Assembly: GCA_051294375.1 (NCBI GenBank)
Contig: CM119271.1
Span: forward strand, 7,364,804-7,428,803
From: Paraspadella gotoi
Taxonomy: Eukaryota; Animalia; Chaetognatha
Reading direction: 5' to 3'
DNA: 64,000 nt
Below the pieces are notes generated by a model, which saw only the letters and a list, made by a program, of their open reading frames with translations, was not told where the DNA came from and made no database searches. A program made the position numbers and the translations under genes. This document shows positions 22,914-37,136 of the stretch, one piece after another (position 1 is the first letter of the stretch; each line of letters starts with the position of its first letter).

Positions 22914-23083
22914 AGACTACGGCGACGCCGTGGTTTTAAATCTGAAGGATCTATTTTAAGCCTCAATACTCGGCTCGTGATTTTTTTCTTTCTTTTTTCT
23001 TTTTCTTCTTTTCTTTCTCTCTTTCTTTGTTTTCTTTCTTTTTCGCTCTTTTTTTTCCTTCCACAGGTCATTATTTCTTTCTT

Positions 23084-23163
<80 letters not shown>

Positions 23164-23541
23164 TTTTTGTCACTTTCCGTCCTTGTTTCTTTGTTATTTT
23201 TTTTCCCGCTCTTTCTCTCATTCTTTCTTTCAAAATTCATTCTTCAAAATTTTCTTTCCTTCTTTTTTTTCCTCCTTTCTTACTTTCCTTTCTTTCCTTC
23301 CTTTCAAATTTATACGTATTTATACGTATCTGTCTTTCCCTCTTTCCTTCTTTCTTTCCTTTCTTTCCTTTCTTTCCTTTCTTTCCTTTCTTTCCCTCTT
23401 TCTTTCATTCTCTCCTCTCTTTCACGCCGTGAAACTCAGCGCAGAGTGAAGCAAGGATCATTTCTTGTTTTACTCTCAAACGCCTCTCACTCTCTCAGGG
23501 CGAAGAGAATTAATTACTGCTTGATGGAGCGGGTGAAGCCG

Positions 23542-23549
23542 GCGTCGTC

Positions 23550-23590
<41 letters not shown>

Positions 23591-23975
23591 CGCGGTCTGC
23601 GTCAACGTCGTGGTCGTTTTTGGCGTCGTCGTCGTCATCATCGTCGGCGTCGCAGTCTGCGTCATCGTCGGCGTCACCATCTTCGTGGTCGCCGTCGTCA
23701 TCGTCGTCGTCGTCGTCGTTTTTGTTGACGCCATCGTCGTAGTAGTTTTCGTTGTTATCGTCGTCGTTTTCGTCGTCGACGTCGTCGTTGGCGTCAGCGT
23801 CGTCGTTGGCGTCAGCGTCGTCGTCATTGTCGTTGTCCTCGACGTTATCGTTATAGTCGTCGTCGTCGTCGTCGTCGTCTTCTAATTGTCAGAGACGTCC
23901 TCATTATTGTCGTCGTCGTTGTCGTCGTCTTAGTCGTCGTCGTCCTCACTGTCGTCCTTTTTGTCATCATCGTCA
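23542..23975. repeat. Degenerate (GTC)n trinucleotide tract; (GAC/GGC)n at 22818-22927
   Basis: Read directly from the sequence. Source of the poly-S/T/V/R/D ORFs. Confidence 0.9.
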
Positions 23976-25809
23976 TATTTCATGATTCACGATTTAAGTT
24001 GACACGTGATGACAGTTGTCACGTGATGACAGTTGTCACTTTTTTCTACCGTCGAAAATCTTCTCCGATTTTTTTTTTTTTTTTTTTTCATTTGCCTCTC
24101 GTCGACCTTCGTCTCCCCCAGAGAGAACCAAGCAGAAAAAAAGTAGAAAAGCAAGCTTCTGGTATAGGGGGCCAAGATGTTGCGAAAGAGAGCCAAGCTA
24201 AGTTTTGCACCAGGTACAGTCTCCTTAACAAAGATTATCTTCTTTTTAAAAAGGAGAACCAATTTATGCCCCGAGGAGGGACCAAGCTTTCATCCGAAGG
24301 AGGGACCAAGCATCGCCCCGGAACGGAGGGGCGCCCAAGCTTCTTCCGCCCGAACGGAATCAAGAGATCCTTCTTTGGCACCAAGGTTGACTCTCACCGA
24401 GCGAGAAGACATTTTTCATTCAGGTGTTTGCCCCGCTCTGATTCCGAGCTCTCTCTCTCTCTCTCTCTCAATCTCGATCTCTCTTCTCTCTGCGTCTGGC
24501 TGCTTGCTCTAGGCAGTCCTTGGAACTTTTAGGCGCCGTGCGCACCGAAGGCCGCAACGCCGACATCCTTGGCGCATCCAAATTGTTTTTTTCCCTTTCT
24601 TTTTGGGTCGAAGGAGGTGGGGGGAGAGGATGTGGGGGGGGGGTTTGGAGAGGCCTGATAGGTGTGAGTTGGGTGGATGATCGCGGGGGGAGTGGGGAGT
24701 GGAAGGGCTGAAGGGGTTGTTCAGTGTGGTTCGAGTTTGGTCGATGTAAAGAAGCAGGAAGTTGTTTGAAAAGATATATGTATAACGAAATGGATGTTAT
24801 TATCTTGTAAAAGGGATGGAGGCCTCGACCAGACATAGCCTCTCCACTATGAATGTATAATTATTATATTAGTTGTATATGAAGAGAAACAGTAAATATG
24901 GAATGGATAAATTTTAAGTTAGACCAAAAACGAGATTAAATAGTTAAGCCATGATCATTAAAAATATAGAATTTGTAATATATAATTTTAAAGAATATTA
25001 TAAAATCTAAGACTTAAAATAGTGAAACAAGTAATTTTGCAAATTATCCAAAAACCAAGACAAAAGTAAAAAAGGTGAGTAAGTGAGGATCAAGTGGGTA
25101 AGGAATCGGGTAGGCTTGGATAGGAGGTAAGTCCATCTCTCGAAGCGCGAAGACCAAAGGTTCAGTGATGTTGTTTTTTTTTTTCGTCGTCGCGTCTCGT
25201 TGATGAATTGAAAGAAATAAGCGGAGGTTGAAGGTCGAGAGAGAGAGAGAGCGAGAGAGAGAGAGAGAGAGAGAGAGAAGAGAGAGACGTGAGACCGGAA
25301 AGAGAAACAGGAAAAGCGGAGGTATTTGACCGGGAGCCCTGTTGCGCGATTAAGGGGAACATTTTTGTCTTGGNNNNNNNNNNNNNNNNNNNNNNNNNNN
25401 NNNNNNNNNNNNNNNNNNNNNNNNNNNNNNNNNNNNNNNNNNNNNNNNNNNNNNNNNNNNNNNNNNNNNNNNNNNNNNNNNNNNNNNNNNNNNNNNNNNN
25501 NNNNNNNNNNNNNNNNNNNNNNNCGTCTTCATTAAGTTCCTCTTTCCATCTGCTCGTACTGTTTTTCAACCCAATTTAAAATCTAAAATTAGCGACCAAA
25601 AACAAGTCGCATGCTTTGAAGTCAGCAACCCCCAGTGAACAGTTAACATACCTTAGAAACAGTAAGAAAAAACCAGTGAAACCCTGGAATTGTTTACGCA
25701 TGCGTCAAGAAACGCGTCTAGTACGTCTCTCATCTATTTTTCAAGTCAGAACTCGACCGAGAGAGGACCCCCCCCGTTCCTGAGGAGGCCTCCACCAAAC
25801 ACGGACCCG

Positions 25810-25884
<75 letters not shown>

Positions 25885-26065
25885 AGAAGAGAGAGAGAGA
25901 AAGAGAGAGGGGTGAAGTAGAACTTTAAAGCACTTTCAGATTTTTTTTTTAAAGAGAAAAGAAAAGAAACTGAGTCAAAGGAAGAAAATTAGGAAAACAA
26001 GACGAGAAGCAAGAAAAAAAGAAAGAGAGGCTGGAACGATAAAAGGAGAGGCGAGAAAAGTAAGA

Positions 26066-26142
<77 letters not shown>

Positions 26143-26301
26143 AGAGAGAGGAAAGAGAGAAAAGAAAAAAAAAAAAAGCGGAGAGAAAGTGGGCGCCTTG
26201 GCTCCAGTGACACAAAAACCCATGACGAAGCTGTTAAGAAATGGCAGGAAAATTGAAGGTGGTCAGAGTAGATTGAGAAAAAATAAAGGGAGGAGAGGGG
26301 G

Positions 26302-26349
<48 letters not shown>

Positions 26350-26359
26350 AGAGAAGAGA

Positions 26360-26391
<32 letters not shown>

Positions 26392-27057
26392 GCTATTTGC
26401 CAAGTTGGAGACAAAGACGACACCATTTCTGCTTTAAGTGCTGGTTTCAAGGTTTTGAAGGCTTCGGTCTCCAACGCCGATCGCCGGGCCATTGGGGAGA
26501 GGAGAACCAAGGCCCAAGGTCAAGATGTAGGTTTTGTTTAATTTAGTTAGAAATATTTGTTTTGTTTTATACTACATAATCAACATTTACGAACCGAAAG
26601 CAGCTCTCAGAGGCAGTGGACCGAAATCATTATTGTTTTGGGAAGCGCTGTTTTCATTCGTTTTTCTATTTTTAGAAGTGAAAGTAATGTACATTTTATC
26701 GTTATTTTACCTATATCAAGTTAGTATATTAAGGAAAAATTTTATTTGCATGGAACAATATTACATAGCTGTGAACGATGAACTTTCGATTGTAACTTGT
26801 ACCAATTTCATACAATTTAATATCGTGAAGGATTCCAGTATCCTATTCCAAAGGGAAAAGAGAGCGATTTAAACCGTTTCATTCGGTGCGGACGAGATGA
26901 AACCCTCACATCCGGGGAGAGCAAGAGGAGGTTACTCGGGTTATTTGGACGAGTCTATCCGGAATGATAGGGTCTACGGGTCGACGACATCGGATCATAG
27001 GTGGCGCCATCATTCCGCGAGCCGCTTTTCCTCTCCTTTCTCTCTGTCTGTTTGTCT

Positions 27058-27161
<104 letters not shown>

Positions 27162-27174
27162 CCGGAAGTGACGT
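27162..27174 (+). promoter_or_regulatory. Overlapping ETS-CRE motif CCGGAAGTGACGT (copy at 46218-46230)
   Basis: Matches the composite motif known from metazoan housekeeping promoters. Motif match only. Confidence 0.35.
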
Positions 27175-27787
27175 AGTCGAGGCGGAAAAATTGACGGGTC
27201 AAACGGAGGAGCCAAGGTGGAGGAAGAGATGGAGAAAAAGGAAAGAAAAGAAGAAAAATGGAGGAAAGGAGAAAAGGAGGAAAAAAGAAAAGAAAGAAGA
27301 AATGAGAAAAGGAGAAAAAGGACGAGAGATCTGAAGAGTAAAGGGTATGAAAAGAAAAGAAAAGAAATGGAGGGTATAAGTAGAAGGGATGGTACAAGAT
27401 GGAAACTACAATAAGGGCGATGTTATAAGAGAAGTGGGAGAAAGAAATAAGATCGAACACTATAGAAGGGTATGAGAAAGGTTTAAGGGGAGAAAGGAAA
27501 GTGAGACTCGCGCTTCGCATAATATGAGGAAGGAAGTGAGAGGAAATAAAATATTAACCGTAGCCTCTCTATGTCTCTCTATAGTCTCTATAGTCTCTAG
27601 TGTCTACGGGGCAATAGATAGCTTATTCATTAAATGAATGGATAATTGTTATTTCGAATCAATTTTGAATGATATAGAAAAAGAAGAAGGAAACGGAGAA
27701 AAAAAATTGAGATGGATGGAGAGATGGATTTCCGTTTTGGAAGGAGAAAAGAATGGCGACTCAATGGAAAGGAAAAAAATGAAAATG

Positions 27788-27837
<50 letters not shown>

Positions 27838-27924
27838 GAGAGATTCTGAAAAGTGAATCTAAATTTTTAAAACCAGATTAAGTCATTTATTCAAAGTGAG
27901 AATGAATCAAAAGATATGTAAATA

Positions 27925-28004
27925 AATGAATGAATGAATGAATGAATGAATGAATGAATGAATGAATGAATGAATGAATGAATGAATGAATGAATGAATG
28001 AATG
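27925..28004. repeat. (GAAT)n microsatellite (copy at ~46987-47074)
   Basis: Read directly from the sequence. Confidence 0.95.
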
Positions 28005-28189
28005 GATCAATCGAAAGATGAAGGAATGAATGAGTGAATGAAAAAAGGATTAAGCGCCGGTTGCTCTCTTTATTCGATGTTGTTCAATCAATATTTAGAG
28101 GGAGGGGGGCGAAGATTCGTCGGAATCTCGGACGTCCAATCAGAATGTCGGTCGCATGACAGAAAGACGTTAGAGGGCAAACGGGATGA

Positions 28190-28220
<31 letters not shown>

Positions 28221-28289
28221 AGAAGAGAAGAAGAGAGAGGAGAGAGAGAGACGAGAAGAGAGGGAGAGGGAGAGAGAGAGAGAGAGAGA

Positions 28290-28335
<46 letters not shown>

Positions 28336-29108
28336 GAGAGGAAGAGAGAAGAAAAGAAGAAGAGGAAGCGAGAGAGAGAACAACAGGGGCGGAGTCGACT
28401 CTAGCCACGTTCCAAAGTTTCCGCAATAAATTTTCTCGTAATTCCGTGAACGAGTGAGGGGAGAAATTATCGTCGTCGCGGGGCGCGGCCGCCAGAGGCA
28501 GCGTCAGCGGCAAGCGGCAAGCGTTTAGCGACGGCGCCGGAAAGATATACTGGGAAAGGACGAAAAGACTCCTGGTGGGTGAACTTGCTCGAACCAGTTT
28601 AAACATTTATATTCACAAGACGGTTAAACTATTCCGTTTTGGCAATTTCAGAGAGAATCGAATTTACGAAACGAAATCGGAATTGCAAAAAGCTGTTTCA
28701 AATCAGATTGTTCGTTTGGGAGATGATAAAAAAAGCATATGAAATAAATGAATATAATTTATATTCATTCCTTTTTACAATTGAAACATTCTTTGATGTA
28801 CTATATAACTTTCATTGATGAGGGATTGATTGAAAAGTTGCAGGGGCTTGCAATGTTATTTATCTGGTAAGAGGAGCGGCAGGAGTAACTTATTTACTAA
28901 TGAATGAATAATCTTTATATTGGTTGTACCAAATACATGAATACATAACATACATAATGAACTTAAATTCGGGTCGAAATAAATCAGCTGTGGGTCAAAA
29001 TTAAAGCCGGACAATAACCCCGGAACACAGACGTCACGCTGGAGCAAAACATAGACCCCCCCCCGAAGAGGATATCGAGGCAGGAGTAGACGACGAAAGA
29101 AGAGAGAG

Positions 29109-29190
<82 letters not shown>

Positions 29191-29797
29191 AAACTCTCTC
29201 GAAGCCCTGCCAAAAAAACTGCGAATGTAGCGCGAAGAAGAAAATTTGATTTTTCAGAGAAAAGCCCGAAAAAATTGGGGGAAAAGTCGCGGGGAATTTT
29301 CTCGGTTTACGAACGGAATATTTTAAAAACAAGGAGAAAAAAGAGGCGGGGGTGTTGAAAAAGGGGGGATTAGAAGAGAGAGAGTGGAACTGAAACAATA
29401 ATAGATCAAAACTGAAAAAATAAAATTTGTGTTTGGGAAGGAGGGAAAGAGTGATAATATGATAAGAGGAAAGAGGAAAGATGGAGGATTAAAAGAATAA
29501 AGTAAGGTAGAAGAGAAAGAGAAAGAGGAGAAAGAAAGGAGGGAAGAGAGAAAAAAGGAATACGAAGAGAAAAAGAAGGGAAAAGAAAGAAGGAGGAAAA
29601 AGAAAAATGAGAAATGTAGTTTGGAAAAGAGAAAAGAGGAAAAGAGGAAGAGAAAAAACGAGAGAAAAGGAAAGTAAAAGATTAAAAATGTTATATAAAT
29701 TAAATGGCGAAAAAAAAGAAAGAGAGAAATTAAAGAGAAAAAAAGGAAGTGAAGGAAAAACTTTCTGTCTTTTTTTCTCCAGCGGAAGTGCAAGTCT

Positions 29798-29843
<46 letters not shown>

Positions 29844-31429
29844 CATCTCTCTCTCTCATCTCTCCTCCCCTCTCTTCCATCTCTTAACAGCAAACGGTGA
29901 CGAACAGAGAAAAAAGGCGAAAAAGAAAAAAAAAATAATATTTTTTTTCTTCGTAAAGATTGAATATTGATAAGAGCCTTGACTCCCTCAGTCTCGATGA
30001 ACGACGGGGCGGTTAATGTCCCTAACTCTTCGCGTACTCTCTGCTCTCTCTCTCTCTCTCTCTCTCTCTCGTCGGCTTCTCTCATCTACTCTTCTCCGTC
30101 CTCCAATCTCCCATGCTCTCTCTCTCTCTCTCCTCTCTCCTCCGTTTTGTACTTTATACTCGGCGGTTGACGCACCTGTTTATAACGAGAATTGTCAAAA
30201 AGAAATGTTTTTTTTTCACATATCGTATCTTATTAAATAAAATAAAAAAATTAAAAAGAAAAAACATTTATCATCGGGCGCGAAAATCGACTTTCTTCCC
30301 TCTCAAATTGAGGTTTTTTTCTGTCTTTATCGATTTTTCTCTTCTGTTGATTCATGAGTCTCGCGTCGCGACTTTTGACACAAAGGTCGAACGAGGCGTT
30401 TGAAGCAAAAAGGTTTTTGAGGGAAATCGAATCGAAATGTTTGAACTGGGCGAAAAAAATATAAAAAAACGATTGGACCGAGCATCGATCGGAGGAAGAT
30501 CGAAAATTCCTGACAGAAAACTAATCGAATGTTTGACATGAAAGCGTCGGAAACAGTTTGACCAATTTTCGCTACTATGTAATATCCAAATAAATCTAGT
30601 TTTTGACAAAAATGACCCCAAGTTTTGATATTTTTAAAAAGATCGTAAAAAAAATTGGACCAAAAGTTTTGATAATTACGACCAATCAAAATTACCGACC
30701 ATCTGATTATGAGCAGATCCTGTAAAGTTTGGCGAAAAAATCTTTATTTAATTAAAGTTTAAAGCTGACTTGATCGGTGGATTTTCTTCGTCATCATCGT
30801 CCGTTTTCAAGTTTAAAGCTGGACTGGACTCGGATGGATTTTTCTTCGTCGTTCATCGTCGTTCTAAAATATTTTGTCCCTCCTTCAATTGTTTTTGATT
30901 TTCGTGTTCAACTCTTGTTTTCTATTCCGTTTTCTTTAATTGCTTCTACGAGTTGTCGTTGTCTAAATCAATGTCTCTGCTTGTCATGGTTGACTCCGGC
31001 TTTCGTCGCGTCGTCGTCGTCGTCGTTGTTGTTGTTTGTTGTCGTTCGTCACCTGGCGACGACTTTTTCCGTGGGCGTTGATTCTGGTTTGGCTTCCGAG
31101 TAGACGAGTGACGGTTAGAGACGCGTCGTGGGGATAGAGAAGTGGATAGAGAGGTTAGAAGAGAAGTGGAGGGTAAAGAGTTGAAAAGGTAGGAGGCAGA
31201 GAGGGGAAAAAATAGAATACTCAGAACAATGCATGAAGCAGTAGTGGAAAGATTTATTACGCATTTTCATTATTTAAAAATACTTTTTTCTTAAAATTGA
31301 AGTTTATAACTTTGAAAATATGAAACCATTTTTACAAAAAAAATATGATGAGACAAAAACCTTCTAACTTTCTCAGAGAAACCAAAATGCATAAAATCGG
31401 TTATTGCAAATAAAGAGAGAGAGAGAGAG

Positions 31430-31499
<70 letters not shown>

Positions 31500-31594
31500 A
31501 GAGAGAAGAATAATATTGGGCCAGATTAATAATGTGATCGATGACTTTGATTCGACGTGAAAGAGGTTATTGGAACACGGCGGTTAGTGTGAAA

Positions 31595-31685
<91 letters not shown>

Positions 31686-32072
31686 ATTTCACGCTCGGGT
31701 GACCCTCGACGCTTTGTTCTCCTTTCGCCTTCCGATTCATAATTAATTAGTTTTCAAATGGCGTTTTTGTTGTTGTTGTTGTTCTTGTTCTTGTTTTGTT
31801 TGTTTGTTGGTTTTTTTTATGAAAAAAAAATCTTCAATGTTGTGTGTTCCAGCTGACGCGTCACGGTCGGCTTCACAATATACTTCATGGTTTAACTTTT
31901 TCATTTATTTTGTTTCTTTGCTGTGGTTTTTTTCTTGTTTCTTGTGTTGTTTCTTCTTTCTTTCTTTCTTTCTTTCTTTCTTTTTTCTTTCTTCTTCTTT
32001 CTTTCTTGCTTTCTCTATTTCTTTCTTTCTCTCTTCTTTCTTTCTTTCTTTCTTCTTGCTTTCTTTCTTTCT

Positions 32073-32112
<40 letters not shown>

Positions 32113-32987
32113 TCCTTCTTTTTTTTCGTTCAACCTTTTTAAATAATTGTATTGTTTCCTCTGTAACGCTTTTCACAACAAATTGTCGCCTGTGTCAGCC
32201 TAATACTGCATTCCTGATGACATCCCACCTGTCCATCCCTCGTCCTTACATCCGTACATCCTTCGTTAAGTCCGTACGTCCTTCCATTCCGCCCTTCTTG
32301 AGGTCGACAGTCTCGGTCTAATCCCCTCAAGAAATTCATGGACCAAAGAGAAAGGAAAAAAAAAAGAGGAAGGAAAAAAAGGAAGGAAAGGAAAAAAAGG
32401 GAAAAAGAAAGGAAAACAGGGACGGAGAAAGGAGGCAAGAAGATTGAAAGGTAGCAGTAGGGACAAGAGGAGACAAGAAAAAAGAAAGAAAAAGAATGAT
32501 GAAAGAAGGAGAGAGAAAAAAAGGGAGGAACTGGAGAAATGGAAAGAAAGAAAGAAGGAAGGTTGGCAACGAAAGGAAGGATAGAGGGAAAAAAAGAAAG
32601 TAAGAAGAAGAAATTAGAAAGGAAAAAAGAAGAGAAAATTATGAGAGCGAAAAGACGAAAGAAGGAAAAAGAAAAGAAAAAATGATTGAAAGAAAGAAAG
32701 AGGAGGAAAGAGGAGGCCAAGCCAAAAAAAAAAGAAGGAGAGACGAAAGATCGAAATATCGAATCGGAGAAAAAAAATATTCTAGGTAATCTTGGACTTA
32801 TGGTCAACAGCGTCGACCAGATTCGCTCATAACTTCTTTCCTTCCTCTTTTCCTCTTCCTCCTCTCACACCTTTTTTCTTCCTCACTTTTCTTTCTCATC
32901 TTTTCTTTTCCCTTTTCCTCTCTATTCTCGCGTCTCACCCCCCCCCCCACCCTTAGTTCTTAGCTCCTTTTTCCCATTACTCTGTTC

Positions 32988-33080
32988 CGATTGGTTACTT
33001 CTGTCCTTCGCGAGGTTTTTTTCCCCCTCGCGCCCTGTGATTGGTTACTTGACGAAGATGAAACCGTTTTCTGATTGGTC
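32988..33080 (-). promoter_or_regulatory. Three same-orientation NF-Y-type CCAAT boxes
   Basis: GATTGGT with ATTGG at 32990, 33040 and 33074 (RRCCAATSR on the minus strand). Repeated in copies B and D. Confidence 0.4.
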
Positions 33081-33390
33081 AATTCGCATCCCAGTTTCTC
33101 TCTCTATTTTCTCTTCTCCTTCTCTCTCTCTCTCTCTCTCTCTCCTCCTCTCTCTCTCTCTCTCTTCTCTCTCTCTCCTTTCTCTCTCTCTCTCTTTCTC
33201 TGCTCTTTTTCTCTCTCTCTCTCGTCTTTTCCTCTCTCCTCTCCTCTCTTCTCTCTCTTTCTCTCTCCTCTCTCTCTTCTCTCTACTCTTCTCCTCTCTC
33301 CGCGAGCCGACGTCTATTTTTAGATTTTTTTGATCTATCTTAGTACTTACATCCTCTTTCTCTGCNNNNNNNNNNNNNNNNNNNNNNNNN

Positions 33391-34116
33391 GAGAGAGAGA
33401 TCAAGAACCAGGGGCGAGTCGACTCCTAGCCACGTTCCAAAGTTTCCGCAATAAATTTCTCGTAATTTCCCGTGAACGAGTGAGGGGAGAAATTATCGTC
33501 GTCGGCGGGGGCGGCGGCCGCCAGAGGCAGCGTCAGCGGCAGCGGCAGCGTTAGCGACGGCGGCGGAAGATATACTGGAAAGGACGAAAAGACCTCCTGT
33601 GGGTGAACTTGCTCCGAACCAGTTTGACATTTATATTCACAAGACGGTTAAACTATTCCTTTTGGCAATTTCAGAGAGAAATCGAATTTACGAAACGAAA
33701 TTCGGAAATTGCAAAAAGCTGTTTCAAATCAGATGTTCGTTTGGGAGATGAATAAAAAAAGCATGAATAAATGAATAAATTTATATTCATTCCTTTTTAC
33801 AATTGAAACATTCTTTGATGTACTATATAACTTCATTGATAGGGATTGATTGAAAGCTTGCAGGGGCTTGCAATGTTATTATCTGGTAAGAGGGATGGCG
33901 GCAGGATAACTTATTTACTAATGAATGAATAATCTTTATATTGGTTGTACCAAATACATGAATACATACATACATAATGAACTTAAATTCGGTCGAATAA
34001 ATCAGCTGTGGAGTCAAAATTAAAGCCGGACAATAACCCCGGAACAGACGTCACGTCAACGCTGGAGCAAACATAGACCCCCCCCCGAAGAGGATATCGA
34101 GGCAGGAGTAGACGAC

Positions 34117-34208
<92 letters not shown>

Positions 34209-34819
34209 CAAACTCTCTCGAATGCCAAAAAAAAACTGCGAATGTAGCGCGAAGAGAAAATTTGATTTTTCAGATGAAAACCGAAAAAATTGGGAAAAGT
34301 CGCGGGGAATTTTTCTCGGTTTACGATGACGGAAATTTTAAAAACAAAGGAGGAAAAAAGAGGCGGGGGTGTTGGAAAAAAGGGGGATAGAGAGAGAGAG
34401 AGTGGAACTGAAAAGATTAATAGATAGAAAACTGAAATAAAATTATTTGTTGTTTTGGGAAGGAGGGAAAGAGTGATAATATGATAAAGAGGAAAGAGGA
34501 AGATGGAGGTAAAAGAATAAAGTAAGGTAGAAGAGAAAGAGAAAGAGGAGAAAGAAAAGGAAGAGAGAAAAAGGAATACGAAGAGAAAAGAAGGGAAAAG
34601 AAAGAAGGAGAAAAAGAAAATGAGAAATGTTAGTTTGGGAAAAGAGAAAAGAGGAAAAGAGGAAGAGAAAAAACGAGAGAAAAGGAAAAAGTAAAAAGAT
34701 TAAAAATGTTATATATTAAATGTGCGAAGAAAAAAGAAGAGAGAAATTAAAGAGAAAAAAAGGAAGTGAAGGAAAAACTTTCTGTCTTTTTTTCTCCAGC
34801 GGAAGTGACAAGTCTCTCT

Positions 34820-34858
<39 letters not shown>

Positions 34859-36442
34859 CTCATCTCTCTCTCTCTCTCTCTCCTTTCTATCTCTTAACAG
34901 CAAACGGTGACGAACAGAGAAAAGGCGAAAAAGAAAAAAAAAATAATATTTTTTTTCTTCAGTAAAGATTGAATATTGATAAGAGCCTTGACCCTCAGTC
35001 TCGATGGAACGACGGGCGTTAATGTCCCACTCTTACTGCGTATCTCTCTGCTCTCCCTCTCTCTCTCTCTCTCTCTCTCGTCGTGTCTTCTCATCTCTCT
35101 TCCTGCCTCACCTTCGTTCTCTCTCTCTCTCTCTCCCCTCCCTCCCGTTTTGTACTTTATACTCGGCGGTTGACGACCTGTTTATAAGAGAATTGTCAAA
35201 AGAGAAATGTTTTTTTTTCCATATCGTATCTTATTAAATAAAATAAAAAAATTAAAAAAGAAAGAAAACATTTATCATCGCGCGCGAAAATCGAACTTTT
35301 CTCCCCTAAATATGAGGTTTTTTTTCTGTCTCTTTATCGATTTTTCTCTTCTGTTGATTCATGAGTCTCGCGTCGCGACTTTTGACACAAGGTCGAAACG
35401 AGGCGTTTGAGCAAAAAGAGTTTTGAGGGAAATCGATCGAAATGTTTGAACGGCGAAAAAAAAATATAAAAAAACGATTGGACACGAGCATCGATCGGAG
35501 GAAGATCGAAAATTCCTGACAGAAAACTAATCGAATGTTTGACATTGAAAGCGTCGGAACAGTTTGACCAATTTTCGCTACTATGTAATTATCCAAATAA
35601 AATCTAGTTTTTGACAAAAAATGACCCCAAGTTTTGATTTAAAAAGATCGTAAAAAAAATTGACCAAAAGTTTTGAATAATTACGACCAATCAAAATTCC
35701 GACCATCTGATTAGAGCAATCCTGTAAGTTTTGGCGAAAAAATCTTTATTTAATTAAAGTTTAAAGCTGACTTGATCGGTGGAATTTTCTTCGTCATCAT
35801 CGTCGTTTCCAAGTTTAAAGCTGACTGGGACTCGGATGGATTTTCTTCGTCGTCATCGTCGTTCTAAAATATTTGTCCTCCTTCAATTGTTTTTGATTTT
35901 CGTGTTCAACTCTTGTTTTCTATTCCGCTTTTCTTTATAAATTGCTTCTACGAGTTGTCGTTGTCTAAATCAATGTCTCTGCTTGTCATGGTTGACTCCG
36001 GCTTGTCGTCGTCGTCGTCGTCGTCGTCGTTGTTTGTTGTCTTGTTGTCGTGTCGTCACCTGGCGACGACTTTTTCCGGTGGGCGTTGATTCTGGTTTGG
36101 CTTCGAGTAGACGAGTGGACGGTTAGAGACGCGTCGTGGGGATAGAGAAGTGGATAGAGAGGTTAGAAGAGAAGTGGAGGGGTAAAGAGTTGAAAAAGGT
36201 AGGAGGCAAAGAGAGGGGAAAAAATAGAATACTCAGAACAATGCATGAAGCAGTACGTGGAAAGATTTATTACCATTTTCATTATTTAAAAATACTTTTT
36301 TCTTAAAATTGAAGTTTATAACTTTGAAAATATGAAACCATTTTTACAAAAAAAATTATGATGAGACAATAATCCTTCTAACTTTCTCAGAGAAACCAAA
36401 ATGCATAAAATCGTTATTGCAAATAAAGAGAGAGAGAGAGAG

Positions 36443-36513
<71 letters not shown>

Positions 36514-36675
36514 AAGAGAAATAATTTGTGGCCAGATTAATAATGTGATCGATGACTTTGATTCGACGTGGAAAGAGGTTATTGGAAACACGCGGTTAGT
36601 GTGAAAGGCATCTCTCTCTTCTCTCTCTCTCTCTCTCTCTCTCTCGTTCTCTCTCTCTCTGCCTCTTCCCTCTCT

Positions 36676-36709
<34 letters not shown>

Positions 36710-37096
36710 ATTTCACGCTCGGGTGACCCTCGACGCTTTGTTCTCCTTTCGCCTTCCGATTCATAATTAATTAGTTTTCAAATGGCGTTTTTGTTGTTGT
36801 TGTTGTTCTTGTTCTTGTTTTGTTTGTTTGTTGGTTTTTTTTATGAAAAAAAAATCTTCAATGTTGTGTGTTCCAGCTGACGCGTCACGGTCGGCTTCAC
36901 AATATACTTCATGGTTTAACTTTTTCATTTATTTTGTTTCTTTGCTGTGGTTTTTTTCTTGTTTCTTGTGTTGTTTCTTCTTTCTTTCTTTCTTTCTTTC
37001 TTTCTTTTTTCTTTCTTCTTCTTTCTTTCTTGCTTTCTCTATTTCTTTCTTTCTCTCTTCTTTCTTTCTTTCTTTCTTCTTGCTTTCTTTCTTTCT

Positions 37097-37136
<40 letters not shown>

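Noticed and set aside
23510-23885. Mucin-like poly-Thr/Ser ORFs
   Set aside because: A degenerate (GTC)n tract open in several frames on both strands.
25690-25722. GAAACGCGTC, a typical Penelope hammerhead stem III
   Set aside because: No upstream CTGANGA core or stem II.
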